In this document: piece by piece, positions 29,752-38,110 of the stretch
How positions within the stretch are numbered: position 1 is the stretch's first letter
Layout: the number at the start of each line of letters is the position of its first letter
NCBI GenBank assembly: GCA_040768225.1
Contig: JAXGMZ010000001.1
Coordinates: 346,591-410,590 of the forward strand
DNA from: Evtepia sp.
GTDB lineage: Bacteria; Bacillota; Clostridia; Oscillospirales; Oscillospiraceae
Reading direction: 5' to 3'
DNA length: 64,000 nucleotides
Program-made: the position numbers and the translations under genes
Notes under the pieces: model-generated
The model's input: only the letters and a program-made list of their open reading frames with translations
What the model was told of the DNA's origin: nothing
Database searches by the model: none

Positions 29752-31233
29752 TTATTCGACTGAATATGGGATCTTTTCCGCCTCCAGGCTAAGCTTCAGG
29801 CGCTCCAGCCAGTTTTCAACGTACTCCTCCATGCCGAGCGCCGCTAAGATCTCTTCCTCGCTCTCATAGTCTGCCTTGAGTACGTCAACCCGCTCTCTCA
29901 GTTCGCTTGCAAGATCCATCAGGCTTGCTTCCAGCAGTTTGCGAAGCTGATAGCTTTTGTCAAAGGGCTTGGCCGCATAGGTGTTGGCTTCAAGGATTTG
30001 AGTCATCACAATTTCATAGACGGCCGCCACGTTTCTATCGCGCTTTTCTCCCGCTTTCAGCTTCTCAATCGCCTTGCCGAATTCGTCACTTTCGAAGGAC
30101 TTCGTCTGCACGGGCAAATAGCCCGTTGTCATGGCAAAGTCAATATTTTGCTCCCTGTCTGTGAACCATTTCAAAAAGATCGCGGAGGCAAGCTCTCTCT
30201 CCGGCGTAGAGCGGGCAATGCACATGCCCGCGCCCTGCTGCACAGCGAAGGGCTCTCCCGCTTCAAATTTGGGATAGCTGAGCGCCTTAAAGTCAATGGC
30301 CGCCTCAATGTTATTCTGCTCTACCCAGGTGGGGAAATAGGCCGCGCCCGAAGAGGAGCCCACATAGGAGATGAGCTCTCTGGCCTTGATGTCGTCGGAG
30401 CGGAACTTGCCGACCGCGTCAAAATAGCCCATGCCGATTCCCAGCCCATAGATTTCAAACAGCTTTCCTAGTGTCTCTCTGTGCAGGAGCGCTTTTTGCT
30501 GTTCGCCATCGATGATATCAATCCCCATCTGCTTGTTCCCTACGATGATATAGTTGGCAACGGAATCAAAGCCCATAAAGGCCTTTCCGGACCAGGGGCC
30601 CTCCCCCGTCTGCTCCGCTGTCCAGTGATAGTAACTGCGGGCCGTGTCCAACACCCCTTCCCAGGTGGCTAAGCTCTCTATGTTCTGCCCCGTTGCCGCT
30701 TCAAACTCATTCCACGCCGTCTCGTTGAGATAGAAAAGCTCCGTGCTCTTGACAACGGGGATTAGCAAGAGCCTGCCGCCTTCAAAAACCCCGTCCTTCA
30801 GAAAGCCCTCCACGTACAGCGCCTGCTCTTCTTCTGTAAAGTATTGATTCAGATCGACCAGCATACCGAGTTTGTCGATCTCTTCCGCCTTGTCCGGATA
30901 GGTGGAGAAGAGATCGGGCATCTCTTTGGAATTGATCACACCCTTGGCCGACTCCGACACGGCCTCCTCCAACTCCCCAATGTTGCCCATCCCCAGCGCA
31001 TCGACAATGATCCCTTTCTCGATGCCGATGCTGCGGTTAAATTCCGAGATTGCCCGATCCAGAGCAACCTTGTTCTCCCCCACGTAATAGTGCCATAGGC
31101 TGACCGTTATCGGGTTCTTCGGGTCCAAAACCGTTTCCGCCCTGTTGCTCAAATCAGAATCCCCGCCGCAGGCCGTGAGTGTCAGCAGCGCTGCAAGGAA
31201 CACAACCGCCATGATTCTCTTTGCCATCACCAT
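29752..31233 (-). CDS. Extracellular solute-binding lipoprotein (family 1, sugar-type)
   Basis: Lipobox TLTACG; VSLWHYY, LLIPVVKSTELFYLN, FLKWFT, TTGYLPV. Confidence 0.88.
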   Translation of the reverse strand: MVMAKRIMAVVFLAALLTLTACGGDSDLSNRAETVLDPKNPITVSLWHYYVGENKVALDRAISEFNRSIGIEKGIIVDALGMGNIGELEEAVSESAKGVINSKEMPDLFSTYPDKAEEIDKLGMLVDLNQYFTEEEQALYVEGFLKDGVFEGGRLLLIPVVKSTELFYLNETAWNEFEAATGQNIESLATWEGVLDTARSYYHWTAEQTGEGPWSGKAFMGFDSVANYIIVGNKQMGIDIIDGEQQKALLHRETLGKLFEIYGLGIGMGYFDAVGKFRSDDIKARELISYVGSSSGAAYFPTWVEQNNIEAAIDFKALSYPKFEAGEPFAVQQGAGMCIARSTPERELASAIFLKWFTDREQNIDFAMTTGYLPVQTKSFESDEFGKAIEKLKAGEKRDRNVAAVYEIVMTQILEANTYAAKPFDKSYQLRKLLEASLMDLASELRERVDVLKADYESEEEILAALGMEEYVENWLERLKLSLEAEKIPYSVE

Positions 31234-31612
31234 GTCCCTCCTGAGTGTTTATTGTGAAGATCTCTTTTTCTCGCTTGTTCTCTTTACTAAATCTGTCGAT
31301 TGGGATAATGGCACACCCATCAATTACTTATCGACCCCTTGCAAGCCTTTGTTAATGGCTTTATCTGTAAAAATGTTTGCCCCGGCTCCCCCGCTTGCCC
31401 CGGAAGCCGCTTTTCCAGGGCGGTCACCACTTTTTCACCCGGAATGTCCGCCTCTTTTCTCCCTGCCTATCCGCAGGGTCAATCCGGCAGGCGTGCGCGG
31501 AAGCGCGCTTCTGTGTGCAGCCGGCGCGTATTTTTTATTTTGAGTTTTTGGCGATTTCATTTGCATTTTATGTTACAATGGGGATCAATCGACAGAAGGA
31601 GGTTGATAAACG

Positions 31613-32578
31613 ATGGCCTTGGTGAAAACGGATGCATCCGCAAGATTATTTGGCAGGATGAGTGTGGCGCATGGCTGCTACATCGCCCAGGGGGCGATCC
31701 TGCGCTCCATAGACGGTGCGATAGAGATCAAAAACAACTCTTGGGTGCTGGAAAACTCCGTCCTCATCGGCAGTCCCGCCCACCCCTTACGGGTGGGGCA
31801 AAAGACTGTCTTTGGACACCAGTGCCTGGTGATCGGGGCCAGCATTGGAAACCTTTGTGAAATTGGCAACAAAGTGATCATAGAAGAGGGCGCGCAAATT
31901 GGAGACCTGTGCATCTTTGGCGAGGGGAGTTTGATCCCCAAGCACATGGTGATCCCCTCCGGCTCTGTGGTTGTGGGAAGACCGGGCCGCATCCTCCGGA
32001 CGCTCAGCCCGGAGGATAAGGAGATGATCCGGAGAATGCGGGGAGGGGATCTCTCCCTGGCAGATCACCAAGAACACATCATCGAAGGGAAGCGTGAGAA
32101 CATGGGAACGCTGTATCCATTTCAAGACAAGTATCCCCAAGTCGCCGAAACAGCATATCTATATGACAGCGCTGAGGTGACGGGGGAGGTTCAAATCGGC
32201 GAACACTCCGTCATCGGCGCGGGTGTGAAAATTATTGGCAATTCCCATGGCCCGGTCAAGATCGGAGCACATGTCCACATCCTTGAGAACACAGTTCTCC
32301 ACCTGCTGCCGGACAACCAGCTGATCATAGAAGACTATGTCACCATAGGCCCGGGCTGCGTCATCCATGGGACGACCATCGGCGCCCACTCCGTTGTCGA
32401 ATCGGGGGCGATTGTCTGCGACTATAGCCGCCTGGGTCAAAACACCCTGGTGAAATCCGGCTCCCTGGTTCCCCAGAGAAGCATCTTTTCCGATCACCTC
32501 GTCTTAGAGGGCTTCCCCGCAAAGGAAATTGGCCGGCTGGAGCAAATCTTAGAGCGGCCGGCCTGGGCCTTTTTGTAG
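31613..32578 (+). CDS. Tandem two-domain gamma-carbonic-anhydrase-like (left-handed beta-helix) protein
   Basis: Hexapeptide repeats; two YrdA/CaiE-like units, each ending in G.P.(R/K)..(R)L. Confidence 0.85.
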   Translation: MALVKTDASARLFGRMSVAHGCYIAQGAILRSIDGAIEIKNNSWVLENSVLIGSPAHPLRVGQKTVFGHQCLVIGASIGNLCEIGNKVIIEEGAQIGDLCIFGEGSLIPKHMVIPSGSVVVGRPGRILRTLSPEDKEMIRRMRGGDLSLADHQEHIIEGKRENMGTLYPFQDKYPQVAETAYLYDSAEVTGEVQIGEHSVIGAGVKIIGNSHGPVKIGAHVHILENTVLHLLPDNQLIIEDYVTIGPGCVIHGTTIGAHSVVESGAIVCDYSRLGQNTLVKSGSLVPQRSIFSDHLVLEGFPAKEIGRLEQILERPAWAFL

Positions 32579-32746
32579 CACACACTGGGGCGGCCTTGCG
32601 CCCTCCGCCTGTTTCTATTGCCCATGGAGCCGGCCTGCCCGTCGGCATGCCCGCTCCCTACGCTTCCGGAAGAAGCACAGGCGCCACCGCGCGAAAGAAC
32701 GATTGAAGACCTTTGACTCTCACTTGATTACAGAGGAGGAACACCC

Positions 32747-34183
32747 GTGAAAAACGCTCAGCAGCGACTGCTCTCCATCTTCCTGGCTGTCTTTTTTGCC
32801 CTTTGCCTCACCCCGCTTGTTCCCCTGCCGGCAAACGCGGCCGCCCAGGGGATCGACATCTATCTCAACGGGGAAGAGCTCAACATTCCGCCAAGCTTCG
32901 GCAGCCCATTCTACGACCAGAACGGGCGGCTTCAAATACCCATGCGATATATTATCCAATCCTGCGGCTATGACGTGCTGTGGAATCATGCGGATCGCAG
33001 TGTTACGGTCCCCGTCAAGAGCGGAAATGTTGTCATCAAAACAGACTCAACTATCATGATCACTCCAGCCGGCGAGGTCATCATGGACACCAGCGCCATG
33101 ATAAAGGACAGCAGAACCTACATCCCCCTGCGCTTTGCCTTAGAGGCCCTGGGCTTTGAAGTCAACTGGGCTGCCGGGCCTTTCGCCGACCGGGTTGATA
33201 TTACCGGCCAGATTGGCGCAGCCTCCAAGCGCGTTCCCATGACGGCAGCGGATGTCTCAGATTTGGCCTCGCCCGCTACATTTTTTATTGAGGTATCCGG
33301 GCTTGATGAACTTGCCTTTTCGGGCGGCAGCGGATTTTTTATCGACCCGTCGGGGGTTGGCGTTACCAATTACCACGTGATTGAGGGTGCCACCAGGGCT
33401 ACCATTACCACCATTGACGGGGCAAGCTATGACATGGGCATGATTCTATACTATGACACAGAGCGTGATCTCGCCGTGTTTAATGTGATCCCGACGCAGC
33501 CGTCCAGCAAAAAAATCGACGTTCCCTACTTGAACCTGGCCGTTTCCAGCAGCATTCGCAATGGCGACGTGGTCTATGCGATCGGCAGCCCGCTGGGCCT
33601 TCAAAACTCAATCACCGACGGCATTGTCAGCAACAAGGACAGAACGCTGCCGGGCTCTGCACAGTCCTTCATTCAAACATCCGCGCCGATTTCACCCGGC
33701 AACAGCGGCGGCCCCTTGCTCAACCAATACGGTGAGGTGATCGGCGTGACCACCGCAAGCTTAACAGACGGGCAAAACCTAAATCTTGCGATTCCGGTGG
33801 GAGAGCTCGCGGCTGTCAACTATCAGGATCAATCAAGCTGGATGTTCCTCTCTCAGGTCTATGAGGCGGAGAGCAAGATCCTTCCACCCACAAACATTCG
33901 GGTGGTGAAAACCAATTCAGACACCGCGTTTATCCAATGGGATCCCGTAGAGGACGCCGACTACTATCACCTCTATTACAAGCAGTCCTGGGAGGATACA
34001 TACTGGTACGATGGCGATGACGACAGCGACGGCCCCCTGCGCTTTTACTGGTATCCGGAATACTCTGTTGAATACTCCGGCCTTGTTGCAGGAAACACCT
34101 ATCATATCATCATGACCTCTGTGAAGGATGGCGTGGAGTCTGCCGACAGCAAGGTCTTCATCTTCACCTTCCGCGGCTCTTAA
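32747..34183 (+). CDS. Stalk (Cu-amine-oxidase-N-like) + trypsin-like serine protease + FN3-like surface protein
   Basis: TYIPLRFALEALG stalk; TNYHV, DLAV, GNSGGPL catalytic triad; no PDZ. Confidence 0.88.
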   Translation: MKNAQQRLLSIFLAVFFALCLTPLVPLPANAAAQGIDIYLNGEELNIPPSFGSPFYDQNGRLQIPMRYIIQSCGYDVLWNHADRSVTVPVKSGNVVIKTDSTIMITPAGEVIMDTSAMIKDSRTYIPLRFALEALGFEVNWAAGPFADRVDITGQIGAASKRVPMTAADVSDLASPATFFIEVSGLDELAFSGGSGFFIDPSGVGVTNYHVIEGATRATITTIDGASYDMGMILYYDTERDLAVFNVIPTQPSSKKIDVPYLNLAVSSSIRNGDVVYAIGSPLGLQNSITDGIVSNKDRTLPGSAQSFIQTSAPISPGNSGGPLLNQYGEVIGVTTASLTDGQNLNLAIPVGELAAVNYQDQSSWMFLSQVYEAESKILPPTNIRVVKTNSDTAFIQWDPVEDADYYHLYYKQSWEDTYWYDGDDDSDGPLRFYWYPEYSVEYSGLVAGNTYHIIMTSVKDGVESADSKVFIFTFRGS

Positions 34184-34287
34184 ACGCTGCGCCGGCACCC
34201 GGACGGCTGATGCCCGCCAGACTGGCGGAATAAAACGGGCGGGGGCTGAACGGGCAAACACCGCGGCTCAAGTTCAATTTGATAGAG

Positions 34288-34327
34288 AGCGCCATCCCCC
34301 GCCGACTGTTCGGCGGGGGATGGCGCT
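34288..34327. terminator. Bidirectional terminator
   Basis: agcgccatcccccgccga-ctgt-tcggcgggggatggcgct. Confidence 0.85.
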
Positions 34328-34341
34328 TTGCCTAGCCTTTG

Positions 34342-37300
34342 TTAGGGGTTGCTGATTCTGAAGGGGGTGAATGCCGAGCTGACAAAGGCGATAATTTTAC
34401 CTGTGGAATCATAGACAAGAATCTGCATATAGCCGCCCTGATCAATTACGGCGAAGGGGTTGGAGGAATCCAGATCGCTCTCGCTTCCGGTGTCAACAAA
34501 GAGCACCGTGGCGGCGGGAGCCTGCGTGGCGGCATCTGCCGGGCACCTGAGCATCCCCGATGCGGAGTCATAGCTTCCGCTAAAGGTATAGCCGAGGGAT
34601 GGGATGGACAGGCTGACCGTGCCGGTCGCTTTATTCGCCGTCAAATTCAGCTTGCCTGTTGATTGGGTGACGCCTGTTTTACCGGGTATGTAGCTTTGAA
34701 TGGTTGCGCTAAATTCACCGGATGATTTCTCAAGCAGCTCGGCGCTCGGCAGCTTAAGCCCGGTTTTTTTGACGGCGCTTACCTTGAGCGAGTAGAGCCA
34801 GGGAACTTGACTCTTGTTCACCACCATGACAAGCAGGTCGTGCAAGCCGACAGGCACCGTCACCGTACCGTCCTTACCCGTATAGGTTTTGACACAGGTA
34901 TTGCCCTGCATGAGCATTGCCACCACGTAGGTGTCCTTGCTGCCCGTGCTGATGACGTATTCAGAGTCAACGGGGGTGTTAAGGGGCTGCAGATACACAA
35001 ATCTGGCACCGAAAGCGGGAATGGTCAGGCTGCTTGAGGCGGTGCCGTAGCTAGAGAAGTCGTAGTTCAGATTGCTGCGGATGCTGTCAAAATCACTATT
35101 TGAGATGATGGATCCGGCAGAGAGGGAGGCATGAGAGACCAGCTTGTTGCCGGTGACATACATCTCAAAGAAGGGCCCTGCCATGTCATAAATATTCTTG
35201 CCGATTACCTTCTCAATATTGAATGGCGCCCAGTCGTGGACAAAGGTGGTGCCTCCGGCCGCGTAGGCCGCGCGGATATAGTTTGCGTCGCTGCTCGCCT
35301 GCTCCTGCAAATACTGTATCACCGGCAGGCGGGCATAGCCGTTCTCCGCGCTATAAAAATTGAACACCGTGGCAAAGCTTGGGATGAATCCATCAAACAC
35401 GCGCATATGGTGGAGACCGTAGTTCGAGGGGATATCGCCGCTGAATTTGTATTCATAGTAGCTTGCGGTTGCCTCGTCGAACCAGAGCGCGCCGAAGGTG
35501 GGATCCACGTAGCAATTCTGAATGAAGTGGAAAACTTCATGGACCATCGTGCTGTAAATCTGTTTGTTTACGGTTTTGGAGCTGTAGCCGTGTTTGAACA
35601 GCTTCGCATTGAGCTGGATTGTGCCTCCATTGAGCGTCCACCCGGAGATATAAACGCCGTCCTGCCCTGCCTTTTTGGCGCCCTCTTCCACGGCCATTTT
35701 TGTAATGAAGATCTCAAAGGGCCAGTCGCTGCGGGCGCTGGTCTCAAAGCCAAGCCGGCGGTATTCGGCTATAATCCCATTGATATCTACAAGGAATTGG
35801 GCCGCAGCGCTTTTCGTCAGTTCCTTATCCGTAAGGCTGGCGTAGACTTTGAAAGAACCCAGATTGGGGTCGAAGAAAAACTGAAGTTCTTTGGCCTGAA
35901 CAAGGAACTGAAAGCCGATGGCTTCCAGGCGCTTGAGGTCTCCCCCTCCCCCCGTTCCGGCGGGGCGCGCCATCTCTACAAACTCACTGTAGTTCGCAAG
36001 GTCAAGATTGCTGACGGTGGCATATCCCCCTGAGACAGTAGCGCGAACGGGCTTGAAGAGCACGCCCTTGTTGCCGCTCTCGGTTTTGTATTCAACACCG
36101 AGGAAGAGGAAGGTCTCCGTGTTCTCGGCGCCGGAGGGATTGCGGTTGAGCTTGACGGACAGCGTGATGGGCTCCTTTGGTATTTCGCTCAGCGCGATGC
36201 GGCTGCAAGAGGAGAGGGCATCGGGGTCTGAGGAATAGCCGTCATAGGAGATGCTCTGGCCGCCGCGCACCGTGACCGTGCCTGCGGAAGATGCGCCAAA
36301 ACCCAGCTTCACATCGCCCGCGATGACAGTCCCTTTGGCGGGAACGGGCTTGCCCTCCTCCACCCCGGCAGAGGGCGCATCTGCCAGCTTGTTTGCCATC
36401 CGCACAGCCAAGGCCAGCGCCTGTTCGGCGCTCGCTTTTTCAGCGGGGGCAAAGCGGTTGCCCCCCACACCATTGATCACCTCATTGGCGACCATGAAAT
36501 ATACGCTCTCACTTGCCCAGGAGGAAATCAGGTAGTTGTCCGCAAAGAGAGAGGGTCTTGTGTATGTCAATGAATGGTTTCCGTCCGTGGGCAGTGTCCA
36601 GCCGGGGATGGCATAGCGCTTATAGGCCCGGGTGAGCATGGTGGCCATCTGCTCCCTGTCGAGGATTGCTGCGGGAGAAAAGCTCGTCGCCCCCGTGCCG
36701 TTTACAATGCCAAGATGATAGGCCTTGATCACCTCGGGATCGGATGTGTCGTGGAAGGGGTTGGATCCGGCGGCCGCCTTGCTTCCGGAAAGGTATTCAT
36801 AAATTTTGACGGATACAGCGGCAAAATCGGCGCGGCTGATGGGTTTTCTCAGGTCAGCTTTTAAGAGCCTGTCAGGAATCAGCCCCTTTGCCAGCGCATC
36901 CGCAAGCTCCGCCGTTGCCCAGGGGGAGTTGATATATCCCTCTGCCCCAGAGGGAGGGAGAGGTTCCTCTCTCCCGGGCGGGGGGGTGTTCCCACCTGTC
37001 CCGGCGGCTGTTTCATAGCCCCGAATGTTGAAAAAACCGCAGCTGTCCGAGGCCTCGTTGTAGGACCAGCTTTCCATATCAGAGGGGAGGAGATAGTAAG
37101 CCCCGGGGGGCAATTCAAGGTTGGGGAAGATGTCCCAATAGGCGTTGGGCACATCTCTGTAGCCCATTCGCCCCTGCGCGGCATAGCTTCCCAGCAGCTC
37201 TCCGAATTCATTGTAGATGCTGATCGTGCCGGGGGCCTTCCCTCTGGCGCTGTTCCAGTGATAGGTCGTTGCCGACTGGATCAGGACGGTCTTTGAAACT

Positions 37301-37482
37301 TCAAACTGCAGGTAGTACGGCGGATCGTTGTATACAGTGTTGGTGTTCTCATTGGAATACAGCAGCTCATAATCATCCACATGCACGGCGCCGGCAGAGA
37401 GCCCGGGCAAGATGGGCAGGGCTCCCAGCAGGAAGCAAAGCGCAAGTGCAAGGGTTGAACTGCGTTGAAAGAATCTTTTCAT
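34342..37482 (-). CDS. Secreted SLH-containing putative zinc metallopeptidase
   Basis: Signal peptide; central SLH repeats (ISRADFAA, LDREQMATML); VHEVFH plus downstream WFDEATA (gluzincin-like). Confidence 0.8.
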   Translation of the reverse strand: MKRFFQRSSTLALALCFLLGALPILPGLSAGAVHVDDYELLYSNENTNTVYNDPPYYLQFEVSKTVLIQSATTYHWNSARGKAPGTISIYNEFGELLGSYAAQGRMGYRDVPNAYWDIFPNLELPPGAYYLLPSDMESWSYNEASDSCGFFNIRGYETAAGTGGNTPPPGREEPLPPSGAEGYINSPWATAELADALAKGLIPDRLLKADLRKPISRADFAAVSVKIYEYLSGSKAAAGSNPFHDTSDPEVIKAYHLGIVNGTGATSFSPAAILDREQMATMLTRAYKRYAIPGWTLPTDGNHSLTYTRPSLFADNYLISSWASESVYFMVANEVINGVGGNRFAPAEKASAEQALALAVRMANKLADAPSAGVEEGKPVPAKGTVIAGDVKLGFGASSAGTVTVRGGQSISYDGYSSDPDALSSCSRIALSEIPKEPITLSVKLNRNPSGAENTETFLFLGVEYKTESGNKGVLFKPVRATVSGGYATVSNLDLANYSEFVEMARPAGTGGGGDLKRLEAIGFQFLVQAKELQFFFDPNLGSFKVYASLTDKELTKSAAAQFLVDINGIIAEYRRLGFETSARSDWPFEIFITKMAVEEGAKKAGQDGVYISGWTLNGGTIQLNAKLFKHGYSSKTVNKQIYSTMVHEVFHFIQNCYVDPTFGALWFDEATASYYEYKFSGDIPSNYGLHHMRVFDGFIPSFATVFNFYSAENGYARLPVIQYLQEQASSDANYIRAAYAAGGTTFVHDWAPFNIEKVIGKNIYDMAGPFFEMYVTGNKLVSHASLSAGSIISNSDFDSIRSNLNYDFSSYGTASSSLTIPAFGARFVYLQPLNTPVDSEYVISTGSKDTYVVAMLMQGNTCVKTYTGKDGTVTVPVGLHDLLVMVVNKSQVPWLYSLKVSAVKKTGLKLPSAELLEKSSGEFSATIQSYIPGKTGVTQSTGKLNLTANKATGTVSLSIPSLGYTFSGSYDSASGMLRCPADAATQAPAATVLFVDTGSESDLDSSNPFAVIDQGGYMQILVYDSTGKIIAFVSSAFTPFRISNP

Positions 37483-37819
37483 AACAATCTCCTTATATAA
37501 TAGAGTAGTAGTGATTCACGTCCCTCTCCAAGGACGCTGTAGGGAATGCTGCGGATGGCTGCGCCTCCTCCTGCGCAAGCTGTAACAGCTGCTCAAGCAC
37601 TATTGACTTTTAGCTTCTTTATACTATTTTCTATGCCCTTCTGCGCCGCCTATTTTGATCGCTCTCTCAAACTTTGGACTTTGGAGATAAGATCTATTTC
37701 TAATCGGCAGTTACACATATTTTCTCTCCCCGAAAATTGCGAAAAAACGATTCCGCATGAATATCATAGCAAAAAGACTGATAAAAGAAATCACCCGAAT
37801 GAGCTAGTTTGGGCAAAAA

Positions 37820-37838
37820 TCCCCCCACCCGAAAAGGG
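37820..37838 (-). terminator. GC-rich hairpin with U-tail on minus strand
   Basis: ccccccaccc-gaaaa-gggtggggg, followed by attttt on minus strand. Confidence 0.55.
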
Positions 37839-38110
37839 TGGGGGGCCAAATAAGCGTTCTAAATCAAGGGATTTTCCATTTCGCCCGGGCCGAATTCTTT
37901 TTTTGCCGCATCATGGCAACACACTCCCCCCGGCCCTGAAGAGGACATTCGGAAGAGACAGTTTTTACATAATATTGAAGCGCATTTTCACGGCTCATCC
38001 GCTCGCTGGCGGCGCTGCCGCGCGGTTTGCATCTCCAAACAGATAGTCAGCTTCATTTTACGGGGACTCCCCTGCCTCTGAACGCGATGTCAAGGGGGTC
38101 TCTCTGGAAC

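Noticed and set aside
37805-37855. c-di-GMP-I aptamer (GGCAAA..GAAA hairpin)
   Set aside because: Lacks GACGCAAAGC; better explained as a minus-strand terminator.
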